A stretch of 64,000 nt of DNA, from the NCBI GenBank assembly GCA_025603075.1, contig MU626301.1, forward strand, positions 62,001 through 126,000, written 5' to 3'. Positions 1 through 11,333 of this stretch are shown here, in pieces. The position numbers and the translations under genes are program-made. How positions within the stretch are numbered: the first letter of the stretch is position 1; every line of letters starts with the position of its first letter. The notes below the pieces were generated by a model that was given only the letters and a program-made list of their open reading frames with translations, did no database searches and was not told the origin of the DNA. This DNA comes from Neoconidiobolus thromboides FSU 785. Lineage: Eukaryota > Fungi > Entomophthoromycota.

Positions 1-356
1 GTTTTTAGTAGTAGCGAAATTATGTGTTTACCGATCTCTTGGTAACAATTTATTCCTTGAAAGATGACGTTGACGAGAGGCTTCACCACCACCTGAAGTA
101 TTATAAAAAAATTGCCTATTATTTCCATATATATTTAATTACCTAAAGCCACTTTTTCACAGTCGTTTTCCAAGTCTTTAACCAACTTTTCCATTCTATG
201 AGCATTCTCTTTAAATTGTTCAGAATGGATTTCCACTTTAGTAGTTAATACATTAGGCTCGTTATAAGTATGAAACTTTAAAGAGTTAATAGTTGAATTT
301 ATTAAACCTTTTGAATTGATTGTTCTATTAATTAATTTTAAATTTCTTAATAACAT
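1..356 (-). CDS. MCCC2: Methylcrotonoyl-CoA carboxylase beta subunit, 5' part (gene runs off the left edge)
   Basis: Exon 1 (356-143) gives a presequence plus SEQFKENAHRMEKLVKDL. After a GT-AG intron, exon 2 (92-32) reads GGGEASRQRHLSRNKLLPRDR, the typical N-terminus of the MCC-beta carboxyltransferase. Confidence 0.85.
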
Positions 357-1052
357 TTTAATAGTTGTTGTTTTCTTTTATGTTAAAAAATAAAAATATT
401 AAAAAAAAATCAATGGCTATTTATTCTTTGCTTTTCGATACATCATCGAATTTAGTGTTTTTATTTTTACAAAAATGACACGAAATTTTAGTAATAGTTA
501 TAAAGTAAAACATTAAATATTAGAATTTTATATTTACGCTTCATAACTTCCTTCGATATAGCGAAAGGTTAAGTATGAATGTAGACTATATATACATACG
601 AATACTACTACTATTATCGACCATAGCTACTGCTCATTATCTATGTTAAATAAACAGCATATTCTTGCACTTTAGCAATCCCCTAATAGCATAACCTTAT
701 TTTTATACATATTACTCTTTAATTGGTTTTATTTTATTTTTATTTTTATAAATTATTAAACATAACCAATCCTCGAGTTTATTTATAATTTGACTTTAGT
801 TTTAAATCTCGGATTTTTATTGGTGTGATAAATTATTAGAAAATTAAATTAAGATCAAAGTTTATTAAAAATAAGGCATGGGAATCTTTTCACTTTATTA
901 TTTTTGTTTAGTTTTTATACTACATAGGATTAAACAAAATATAATTAGTACTGGATTAAAAAAGAAACTCATGCTATATTATTTGAATATGAAATTTGGT
1001 TTCAAGTATTTCAATTTAAAATGGAAGCTGAAAATATATTTAAGAGTTTAAC

Positions 1053-1144
1053 TGAGAGTGCTTTTAGCTTCATTATTTTTTCTATTTTAAGTGCTATTTA
1101 AGTGGAAAATTGTAATAATCCTTATACAAAAAAATACATAACTA
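1053..1144 (-). mobile_element. Degenerate copy of the ~102-bp MITE-like repeat
   Basis: gagagtgcttttagcttcattatttttctattttaagtgctatttaagtggaaaattg...aaaaaatacat aligns to the reverse complement of the consensus; the ends are eroded. Confidence 0.7.
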
Positions 1145-1409
1145 TTAGTTTTTTGGAATTTTAAGCTGATCGGTAGTTGATCGAAACATAAGTGAAAAGA
1201 CATCCTTGTCTATTTTAAAAAGTAAACTCTTTCAAAAATAGTGGACAGTGTCTCATCAAAGAGGCACATCGTTCTTTTCAGCTAATTTTTGCAACTACTA
1301 TTTGCAATCATCAATTAATTAAATTCTAGCAAATCAATTTATGACACTAAAATCAAAAATGATTACTTAAATAAACTTAAAAAAACAATCAAACCTATTT
1401 TAAATAAAC

Positions 1410-2088
1410 ATGGGTTACGGTTTAGTTACAACTTATTTAGTAGGCTGGATAGTCGTATTCGGCTCTTTTGTATTCTTTTACCATAAAAATAAAGCTTTGG
1501 GTAACTTTCATTCTTTTTATTTTTTATGCTTTATTTAGCGTTTGATTATTAGCAAGTAGCAAATTAGAGCCTTGGTTCGGTGAAAATAAATATAAAGAAT
1601 TATATATCAAATTATTATCAGCAGATCCTCCAGTTGATGATTACTTATTAAAAGCGGCTTTATTACGTCGTGCTATGACAGTCGTTGAACGTGTATTGAA
1701 AATGCGTGAACAAAAGCCACCACTTTCACAATTGTTAAAAAATGGCTCTATTGGAGAAGATGTTTGGAATTCCTTTTTATTAGCTGAAGCTGAGCTTGAG
1801 ACTGAAGTTGTCGAAGTAATGGAAGAAGCGGATACCTTTAATGAAGGCTGGGGCCAATCAATCTATCAAACTGCTTCTGAAATGCATGGTCATGACCGTG
1901 CTCGTAGCCACCAGATGGAAGTTGAACGACTCAGGTCCTCAGAACGTGAAGTAAATAAAAAGATAGTTCAATGGAAAGAAGAGATGGATGAAAGTCTTAG
2001 GAAGAGAGATGCTGAAAATGCTGAAATCGCAGCTAAAGAATTAATAGAGGACGAGAATAAGTTGAGAAACAGAAAAACCAAAGCTTAA
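1410..2088 (+). CDS. SEC66: Sec62/63 translocon subunit Sec66 (2 exons)
   Basis: Exon 1 (1410-1500) encodes an N-terminal TM segment; intron 1501-1552. Exon 2 has LKAALLRRA...LLKNGSIGEDVW...EADTFNEGWGQSIYQTASE, matching Sec66. Confidence 0.85.
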
Positions 2089-2353
2089 AATTTACTTTAT
2101 TAAATAAAATAGCAATTTACTTGGATTTTTAACAGATTCATTTATAGATCGAAATAATTTAAATTTAAATTTAAATAATTTATATCACTCGAAGGTAAGA
2201 AAATAACTTGTAATATGTCCAAAACAATTATCAGTGTTATAATTTTATATATTTCTTTAGTTAATTAATAAGTATTTTTACATTAAAATATAAAACTTGT
2301 CAAAGTTTAATTACATTACAAAATATTAGAAATTTATTGATACTAAAGTTAAT

Positions 2354-3122
2354 TTAATATGGAAGAAGACTAGCAGCACTGCGTGCCATAGCAGCTGAGC
2401 CACCTGGGAGATATGATGCAAAATACCTAAAAGCTTTGTAAGAAACTTTTGAAAAAATCATGATGTTCTTACCAAACCAAAGCAACCAACTGGATAATAA
2501 AGGATAATAATGTAAGTATTTTTGAACCAATCTATAAGAAAATTAATTTTGAATACAAGAGAATAAAATGAAGCTTACTATTAAAGCTGAAATTAAAGTC
2601 AACCCCATTGATCCAAAGTAACAAGCAGTAAATGGTAAACGCTCTTTTGAAAATACATGTTTAAAATGAGACCTAGGGCCCTTTAATAATCCAAAACTAA
2701 ATATTAAGTAAAAAATGAGCTTATCAATAATATATATTCATACCTAGTAAACAATAATAAACTACCAAAGGTAAATGATAGTGCAAATTTTGAAGGGCTA
2801 AATATTTGGAATGGTGCCTTAAATAAAAATTAATTTTGGATAAAGATATAAAAGTAACTATTACTAAAGCAAATAAAATAAAACCGGCTAATGCACAAAT
2901 ACCAAATCCTGCCCATCTCTAAAATTATTTTAGTTGCATTCTAAGCATATAGGCTTAATAGTTTACTTGAAACAAAGTTAGCTCAAACCATTCAGGCTCG
3001 GGTTCATAAGAATTGGCAGCATAAGGGGATGTATTAGCTGGTAAATATTGACTAGCACTGTTGCTTATAGAACTAAAGAAACTGCTGGTAGAGCTCGCAA
3101 ATTGATTAGAATAATTGCTCAT
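2354..3122 (-). CDS. SFT2: SFT2-like Golgi/endosome vesicle transport protein (multi-exon; not in ORF track)
   Basis: Spliced exons read EWFELTLFQ / RWAGFGICALAGF / SPSKFALSFTFGSLL / KERLPFTACYFGSM / QLVALVWYFASYLPGG, the Got1/Sft2-family signature. Confidence 0.85.
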
Positions 3123-3575
3123 TTTTTAATAAAAGATAATTATTTAATATTGAGTACAGGTCTTTTATAATAAGTAAAGTTTGGCAGTTTTACTTGACTT
3201 TGGAGTTTTATTATTGGCTAAAAATTATTAATAAAATAGTACACACTATATTATTATATTATTATATTATAGACAAGCTTTGAAATCAAAATAATATAAG
3301 AGTTATTAAATAAATACGTGTTTGATATTAATTATTTGTTAATTTTATTTAAAAATATCTCAATATTGAATGTTTAAATAACAGCTATTGCTCTTTAATC
3401 AACTTTTCTGAGCTTAAATATTGAACAACTTTACTGCTTTAAAATTGAACTTGTCCAAATATGTTTACTTCACAAAAAAACGCAATCATATTAATTCTTA
3501 AACCAATCATAATTAATGATAAAGTCTTAGATAAAAAACAAATTTAATAAATACTCCATAAGAGTGACGTTTTCA

Positions 3576-4253
3576 ATGAACTTTACACAATTAGGAAAAA
3601 AAATAATAGCTATAGGCTTCAACTATTCAAAGCACTGCAGTGAATTAGGAGGAAATGCTAAAGCAAAAGCACCTCTTTTCTTTTTAAAGCCAACGAGCTC
3701 ATATCTTTTAGAACCAAATTCAATTGAATTGCCTCTTGGCTGTACTGTAGATTATGAAATTGAGTTAGGGGTAGTTATTGGAAAAGAAGCTAAAGATATC
3801 AATGATGAAACTAAAGCTATGGATTGTATTTCAGGCTATACATTAACTATCGACGTTACAGCAAGAGATCTACAAAACGAAGCTAGAGAAAAAGGGTTAC
3901 CTTGGAGTATATCTAAAGGATTTGATACGTTTACACCTGTAGGGCCATTTATTAAAAAAGAAAAGGTTGATGATATTAATGCTTTGGAGTTTTGGATCAA
4001 AGTCAATAGTGAACTAAAGCAATATGGATATACAAAAGATATGATTTTCAATGTTCCTAAACTAATTTGTTATATTTCTAAATTTATGAAGTTACAAGAA
4101 GGTGATCTTATATTAACTGGTACACCAGAAGGAGTTGGTCCAATTAGAAATGGTGATGTCATTACCGCAGCATTGAAGGAAAAAGACATGGTGTTATCAG
4201 AAATCAGATTTGATGTTATTAATCGAATTAATGGTTTTAACTATAAACTTTAA
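3576..4253 (+). CDS. FAHD1: FAHD1-like fumarylacetoacetate hydrolase family protein (acylpyruvase/oxaloacetate decarboxylase), copy 1, intronless
   Basis: Motifs FFLKPTSSY, YEIELGVVIG, IDVTARDLQ, SKGFDTFTP, GDLILTGTPEGVG. First ATG at 3576; the ORF track starts at an upstream GTG. Confidence 0.9.
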   Translation: MNFTQLGKKIIAIGFNYSKHCSELGGNAKAKAPLFFLKPTSSYLLEPNSIELPLGCTVDYEIELGVVIGKEAKDINDETKAMDCISGYTLTIDVTARDLQNEAREKGLPWSISKGFDTFTPVGPFIKKEKVDDINALEFWIKVNSELKQYGYTKDMIFNVPKLICYISKFMKLQEGDLILTGTPEGVGPIRNGDVITAALKEKDMVLSEIRFDVINRINGFNYKL

Positions 4254-4403
4254 GTATTTATATACGTTTTAAAATTTAATAAAAAAATGTTTTTATTCAT
4301 AATAAACTCTGCATGAAAAAGATTTCCTACCATCTAAAAGTTTAAGAGAAGTGCTTAACCTTAATGTTACGAAACAAAAATTTATAATAGGCGTTGATTT
4401 TTT

Positions 4404-4856
4404 TTATAAAGTTTTACGCATTACAATATTAGCTCTACTATAACTTGGATGTTGCCCCAAATGAATAGTTTCAAAGCCATATTTTTTATAAAGGGTAATA
4501 GCAGGCTCTAATTTGGTGTTACAAATGATCAAAATACTCTTAGATCCTTTTTCTTTAACCCAATTTACAGCGGCATCCATTAATTTCTTTGATAAGCCTT
4601 GGCCTTTATAGCCATCTTCTACTGCTAGTTTACTTAATTCATATTCACCTTCATGTTTCATCATAGCAACAGTACCGATTACTTTACTATTATCTAATAA
4701 GAAGAAAATTTGACCACCGTTATTGATGATATCTTCTGGATGATCAAGCTGCTTGATATCTGATTCTTCTACTTCAAATAATTCTTCTACCCACTTTAAA
4801 TTTAGTCGTTTGAATTCAGACTTATATTTATCATCATAGGGGATACATTCAATCAT
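4404..4856 (-). CDS. GNAT-family N-acetyltransferase, intronless, bacterial-like
   Basis: Acetyl-CoA loop variant YKGQGLSKKLM, preceded by YELSKLAV; C-terminal NTKLEPAITLYKKYGF motif; 150 aa single domain. Confidence 0.85.
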   Translation of the reverse strand: MIECIPYDDKYKSEFKRLNLKWVEELFEVEESDIKQLDHPEDIINNGGQIFFLLDNSKVIGTVAMMKHEGEYELSKLAVEDGYKGQGLSKKLMDAAVNWVKEKGSKSILIICNTKLEPAITLYKKYGFETIHLGQHPSYSRANIVMRKTL

Positions 4857-6065
4857 TCTTTTGTATCTTTAAACTAAAGAGCTTTAGAGATTATAAGGTT
4901 TTATAGATATTTTTATACCCTGTTATAAAGTCTTATGACTTGGAACTCTTAATTAAAATATGATTATTATCTTTGACTAGATCTGGCTCCTTATTCTAGA
5001 TAGATCTATATCTCACTCCATTATTAACTGTCTATACGCATTGGTAATAAAATAAGCCCATGAGTAGTATTTATTCTCTAAATAAATGAAGTAGGAATTA
5101 AAAAGCTTAAAGATTAAAGTTTTAATCTTGAAGCCAAAATTAGTAGGATTTCAAGAAATAAATGGCGAGTCGGAGCACTCTAAATAATATGGGAAGAAAT
5201 TTAAATTCTGTTTAATATGATTACTTTTTTTGTAATAAAATGGATGCTATTAGCTACTGCTATTTTAAAGCTACCTTTATAAAGTAACAAAGAATAAATT
5301 GGTATTAAAATGACAAAATCCAAAGCCTAAGCTAAAAATAACCTAAATACTACCTTTATCATTCTCATTTAATAAAAGTAAACAAAGTTAAATGTATCCG
5401 ACGAGCATAAACAATAATAATGCTAAATAATAAGTTTAATACCATGTGATAAAAATTTTAAATTAAAAAGCTTGAAATTAAAAAGAACATTAGAATTTGA
5501 CTTCGTGTATGTTAAGCCTATATAGAAGTATTTTTTACTACTATTTTGCTTATCTCCTATTTGATATAAACTTCTAAAAAACCCATTAACTAAAGGCCGG
5601 AATACTAAAATATTGACATATCGTTTATTTTAAAATTAAATAAAAATGCTTTTTTATAGCACTAGGCTTGACATATTTTTAAAGAGCCCAACGCTGGGAA
5701 AAATTGGACTTCAGGTTTAAACTTGTTCATATAAAAAATCTTCAACTGATAAACACATTTATCTACCTGAGTATTCATCAAAAAGAACAAAGCCAATGTC
5801 ATTAAATTTACCAAAAATGATGCCCCTTTTATAGTAGTAGTAAAAATGCTGGTGACGTTGCCAATTACCTTTTGAGGAATAGCTTTCTTAGTAAAAATGA
5901 GTTTAAAATAATTATTGTGTAAATAATCCATTTATCACTGTATAATCTACATTAATCTATTTACAAACTATTTTACTGTTTGCCATCAATTTTTAATTTT
6001 AACTTTCAAACTTCTGTTTTTTATAGCGTTCGAGACTTGTCATTCCAAATGAATTTAAACTATTT

Positions 6066-6160
6066 ATGGGGATGTACTTTAAGAATTTTACTAATAATGT
6101 TTCTGCTCAGATAGTGCTTAAAAGATGGAGAAAGTGATGAAGCCAAAAAAACATCCCCAT
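6066..6160 (+). mobile_element. MITE-like repeat copy (small internal deletion)
   Basis: ATGGGGATGT...aagaattttactaat...aaaaaaACATCCCCAT; perfect 10-bp inverted ends. Confidence 0.8.
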
Positions 6161-7116
6161 TGCTATTATAGATATATATATTAACGTACAGTACAGCATT
6201 GATGGACTGCAATACTCACTTAATAGCATAGATCGTTATTACAATATATAGTCGGATTAGCCGCGCATAATACTGTTATCATAAGTTTTTTGATAGCTTT
6301 TCACTAATTTTACAAATAAGTTTTATTGTAATGGCGTTAAATAATTCCCTATAACCTGTAATACTTAGATAGCTTTATTTTAAAGTAGAGCTTACCTTCA
6401 GCCCAGATTTAGCAATTTCCTCTTAGATTTGAATATACTAGTAAATCAAGTTAGTAAATTTATAGCTGATTATTCATCCAGACTGCTTTGTCTGATAATA
6501 TTTTATTTACTCTAATAACTTCTAGTGTTTTTTTAGAAGTCTAAATTTAAACTATGAGATTGTCTGCTAATTTCAAATAAATGACACCAATTTGTAGTGA
6601 AATAATAATTAGCTATAAATATTGCTTTTCATTGTTTTATATTATTTACAATAAACATAAATGAAATTGTGGTTTTGAAATAATGACTATTTTTTATATT
6701 CTATTCGTTAGCAATGTATTTTGTTTATTGAAAAACTCAATATCCTTTTTTAACTGTTATTATTAATTCTATAATCAATCTTTCAAAATCAAAAACTAGA
6801 GTAATAACTCGTTACCCTTTTCTCCTCCTTTATATCACCAGTAATCTTTAAGTTATATTACATCTTCAAATTGAAATATTCTAATGATTACTTGTTGTCT
6901 CTTCATCAGCAAACTTGCCATTTACCAACTTGATGATTATAATTAAAATTCGACGCAACTCAATTAATTTTTTCTTAGTCTAAAGCTAATATATTAAAAA
7001 TTGCTGTTGTTTACAATAAAATTCCAAAATTTTCATTTTATATCTGCTTCCCTTATCTTTTTATGCTCACTGATTATTTAATTTAATTTTAAGGTTGAAT
7101 TTTTAAATTCTAACAT

Positions 7117-7215
7117 ATGGGAATATATTTTTGTATTTAAGAATTACTAACAATTTTTCCACTCAAATAGCGCTTAAAAGATGGAAAAAGTAGTAAGCCA
7201 AAAAAGCATCATCAT
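7117..7215 (+). mobile_element. MITE-like repeat copy, diverged
   Basis: atgggaatatatttttgtatttaagaattactaacaatttttccactcaaatagcgcttaaaagatggaaaaag...aaaaagcatcatcat; ATAT on both flanks. Confidence 0.8.
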
Positions 7216-7456
7216 ATAATAAAAAGGTGGTCTCATTCATTTTTTTAAATAATTGGCTAATAAATTTAAGTTTTGTATGAAAAACGAAAATAATGGTATA
7301 AAAAGTTACTATATTATTAATGTAATTAAAAACAGAATCACATTATAAAACAAATTAAAAAATAGATTAAATAATTATTATACAATATTCCTTAATAAAA
7401 ATGCAAGATAAACTAGAAGTTAATAAGGTGTACAAGAACTTTAAAAAATTCATTAA

Positions 7457-8701
7457 TTAAAAAAACAATCCTTCTCTAAGTTGAGCGGAAACAGCAGAAG
7501 TAGGACGGGTAGGAGTAGAAGTAAAAATGATTCTTCTTAAAGAAAAATCTAACTGAATAAAATGAGTTTTCATAAAACGATCACCTAAAAGAATATCGGA
7601 TGATTGATTTTTCATAACTAAAAAGTTAGCTTTACAATGAATATTGGTATCAAAACTCAAAACTAAATCTACTTCGCCTAATATGTTTTCTCCCTCTTTT
7701 GACAAATCCTCATTACATGTTAATGAACTAGTATCAATATTAAACCCTTTAGCTTTCAATCGTTGAATACATTTGATGGATATTGAGGCTTTAAAACTTA
7801 ATGGATAAAACAAAGCTACTACTCGATATCCATTTAATTTACATACCAATGATAAGGATCTTGGATTACTTGGTAGCTTTTTAATATTAATGGAATTAAA
7901 TGACTCATCGCTATTATCTTCAGTTTCAGTTGGGATGGAGCTAAATTCTGTAGTTAATAAAGATACTGATTTTGTTCTCGTGTTTTTTGGTCTCGGTTTG
8001 GCTAATGCTTCTTTTAATAAACTCTCTTTTATTATTTCATTTTTATTATTATTATTAATCTTCTCAATTTTGTCTTTAAATGAATCAATGGGATGAAACA
8101 CTGAAATTGGTTTACTATCTTTTAATTTTAATTTTTCTGTCATTGGATCAAATGAAGAATGCCTTCTAGAATCATTAATACTTTCATCTTTAGGTAATGG
8201 TGGTTGGTCATTATCTTTTCTTTCATCTAAAGTAATAGCAAAATAACATAAATCTTGATATTTAATAAAACCTTTGGATAGAAAATAGGCCTGCCAAACC
8301 TTAGGTAAACCTCGAATAAACCATTGAATCTTTGGAGTATCTTCCATTAAATGTTTTAATAAACAAAATCTTTCCGCTAAATTTAATATGTATTTTTTAA
8401 ACCCTATACTAGGGTCAAATTTTATTGAGGATAAACTGGTAAGTATGTGTTCTTCAGAAGGTGTAAACCATTCGATTAATTTGTGACGGAAATCTTCATA
8501 GTCTTCAAAGATGGTATAATTTAATACACTACTATACCAAGTATATGCTTCTTCTGATAAAAATAATATAATAAATGGTATTATAGATTCAAAATCTAAG
8601 TTTAATACTTCTACTCCAGCTTCAAACTTGTATAACCATTCAATCGCGTTTCCTTTACCATCATATCTAGGTACTATTTGTAATAACTTATCGATTGTCA
8701 T
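7457..8701 (-). mobile_element. Ty3/gypsy-like Gag (capsid) fused to a retropepsin-like domain with a degenerate catalytic motif; no pol or LTR seen
   Basis: N-terminal PRYDGKGNAIEWLYKFE...LFLSEEAYTWY...DFRHKLIEWF...WFIRGLP is a retrotransposon-gag CA pattern. C-terminal CKLNGYRVVALFYPLS...DILLGDRFMKTHFIQLDF is a retropepsin fold pattern. Intact, intronless 414-aa ORF. Confidence 0.7.
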
Positions 8702-8919
8702 ATTTTTGTTTTAAAAGAGTAGAAATATAGAACTGATAAAAGAACTAGGATTAAATTTGAGTTTGTAATGATTTTTTGCAAAAATTAGGTGGATTTAGAA
8801 AAGCAGTATGATTTTAGTTCAATGATAAGGGGATAACTCTATTTCATTGTTTTCCTATTTTTTAATATAACATTGAGACATATTAATAGTGAAATATTAG
8901 ATTAAAACAATCTGCTTAT

Positions 8920-8993
8920 ATGGGGATGTATTTTTAAAGGATTTTACCAACAACCTTTCTGCTCAAATGATGAAGCTAAAAAAACATCCTCAT
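8920..8993 (+). mobile_element. MITE-like repeat copy with a ~30-bp internal deletion
   Basis: atggggatgtatttttaaaggattttaccaacaacctttctgctcaaat-gatgaagctaaaaaaacatcctcat; ATAT on both flanks. Confidence 0.75.
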
Positions 8994-9242
8994 ATGACAT
9001 GATTATAAAGAAGAAAAAACACTACACATTTTATACTAAATATTAAAAATAGAGATAATTAATTACTGTATTATGGTATTTGTCATTGAATTATATTTTA
9101 CTTGTAAAACTAAATGTAAAATTGAATATATATGTAAATAATTACAATATAATGTTCATAAATTCATTTAGTATTTAAAATCTAAGGTTACGAGTTTGAT
9201 GCTATAGACCAAACTCTTGATGATATAGTTATTAATATTTCA

Positions 9243-9583
9243 TTATATTATATATATAATAATGTTAACTTTAATATAATTTGGAAGTTGACCTAAATGA
9301 ATAACATTAAATTCATGTCGTTTATAAAGATTAATAGCAGGCACTAATTCTATATTTATCAAAAGTAAAATAATTTTAAATCCTTTATCTTTAACCTATT
9401 TTACTAAGAAATTCATCAGTATCTTTGATAAACCAAATCTAAAATGTTTTTATATAATAATTGATTTTATTAATTGATCTTTATCTTTATGTATCATTAA
9501 TGTAATAATATTGATGTATTTTTCTTTATCTAATAAAAAAATATCTTGTTTCTTTTATTGATTATATATTCTGGATGATCAAG
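9243..9583 (-). pseudogene. Decayed paralog of the GNAT at 4404-4856
   Basis: Reads LDHPEYIINK..IF(-1 frameshift)FLLD...I*KHFRFGLSKILMNFLVK*VKDKG...ELVPAINLYKRHEFNVIHLGQLPNYIKVNII. Colinear with LDHPEDIINN..IFFLLD...GLSKKLM..W.VKEKG..LEPAITLYKKYGFETIHLGQHPSY; two stops and one frameshift. Confidence 0.85.
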
Positions 9584-10669
9584 GTGAATTGAAATTGAAA
9601 ACAGTGAAGGATCAACAGGCTGGTGTAAAGTTTATTGGTAAACAGTATTAATCTAAATTCACTAGAATTCACTAGGTTTGATATTTATCTATATTATCAC
9701 AGTCGAGCTTTTGTTATCAAAACTTCTCGTTAAATAAAATATCACTTTGTAAAAGGTTTATGATGATTGGACGCGAAGACAGTACCTACAGCTCCGTAAA
9801 GTATAAAGTTTTCAAGGTTGAATAGAAGCAACAAAGTGTACTATTAAAAACATTAGAAATGTACATGTTTTTTTTTTATATTATTTAAAGAAGGACTAAT
9901 GCAAGTCGAGTATTTTTAAAATTCAAAAACTGTGGGACTTTGTGTTCTATTAATTTAGAATAATAGGGTTATTGTTAGTCAATTAAGGGGATATGTGGTA
10001 GAAAAATGAACGAAATTTATAAAAGCGGATGAATGAGTCCACAATGAAGTGATTGGAACTAACCACAAAGGAGGGGGGGATCAGGGAGCGAGTTATTTTA
10101 TTTTTGTTATGTGCAAAGCGAGCTAATGAGAATCTAGTTCAGAGAAGATTAGATTCAGAAAACCTGGATAGGGCTCAGTTGGTAACAGTTGAAGTAGAAT
10201 GAAACATCAGTTTGATGTGAGATGATGAGATGAATAGGAGAAAAATCAGATATCTTTTAATTAATCTATTTTTACAACTTTTCTATCAGCAATGACATTT
10301 TGGCACCTATCATTGAGCTTTAATACTATTATATAGAATTTTGGTAACTTTTGAAAAACTTCTTTTAAAATTATAAATTAATTTAAATAATCCTTTATAA
10401 ATAAAACTAATATTATTTTAAAAAATCATTTAATAAATGAAAATTATACTATAAAAATGCTGTAAAAACGTCACTCTATTGATAAGTTATTTTACAAAAT
10501 GATAAAATTGCAACTTCTACTACAAAAATTACAGCCAATAATAACTTTTTTAAAACTTAATTTGGCGTCCAAATTGAATAAGCCACCAATAAAAAAGAGT
10601 TAATGAAGAAGTCCAAGAATGCCAAATCTCAAAAAATCCAATTTAAATTTTCTAAGTTTCCAATAAAAA

Positions 10670-11333
10670 ATGTCACAAACCTTAAGACCTTACCTTGCAG
10701 CCGTTCGATCCACGCTTACAGCTTCTTTATGTTTAGAAAATTTTCCATCTCAAGAAGTTGAAAAACATAATAAACCAGAAGTCGAATCAGGGTAATTAAA
10801 GGTTTAATCTAATATAAAAAATAAAACATTAAAATTTCCAATCTAGTAAAACTACCGAAGTATTATTAAATCCGGTGCATATAAGTAGAAATGAAAATGA
10901 AAGGGTCTTGATAGAACCATCAATCAATTCAGTTAGAATATCTATTAAAATTAAACAAGCGGATGAGATTGAAAAGATATTATGTCATAATTTTACAAGA
11001 TTTTTAATGATGAGAGCTGAAAACTTTTTTATTTTAAGACGTAAACCAATTGAGGTAAATTTAATTTAAAAATAATATTTTATAAAGTTATTTAATTTAT
11101 CTAGGGTTATGATATTAGCTTTTTAATTACTAATTTTCATACTGAAAGAATGTTAAAGCATAAATTAGTAGACTTTGTTATTGAGTTTATGGAAGGTATC
11201 GATAAGGAGATTTCTGAAATGAAATTATCACTTAATGCTAGAGCTCGTGTTGTTGCTCACTCCTTTTTAGCTCAAGTAATTGTTCTTTATTAGTTTTATT
11301 ATTTGTTATTAATATAAAAATTAGTTTGTTTAA
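10670..11333 (+). CDS. ARPC4: Arp2/3 complex subunit 4 (p20/ARC19)
   Basis: [77 protein letters not shown] across 4 exons. Confidence 0.95.

Noticed and set aside
5104-5134. 14-bp stem hairpin (gcttaaagattaaa / tttaatcttgaagc) upstream of the GNAT
   Set aside because: Isolated, AT-rich and not repeated; plausible by chance.
5662-5931. 89-aa ORF on -
   Set aside because: No homology recognised and it lies in decayed DNA; it cannot be supported as a gene.
7117-8993. Two same-orientation repeat copies flanking the Gag ORF, readable as TG...CA LTRs of a miniature LTR element
   Set aside because: No PBS or polypurine tract next to them, no 4-5 bp outer target duplication, and the two copies are very unlike each other (one has a ~30-bp deletion). 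At one copy per 5 kb, such flanking is expected by chance.
9964-9971. TAACCCTA on the minus strand as a telomerase RNA template
   Set aside because: An 8-mer of this composition is expected about twice per 64 kb on two strands, and no pseudoknot or CR4/5 could be demonstrated.
10140-10185. U6 snRNA or tRNA gene
   Set aside because: Only a 13-nt U6-like word and an A-box-like word are present; the flanking U6 sequence, B box and cloverleaf are absent.
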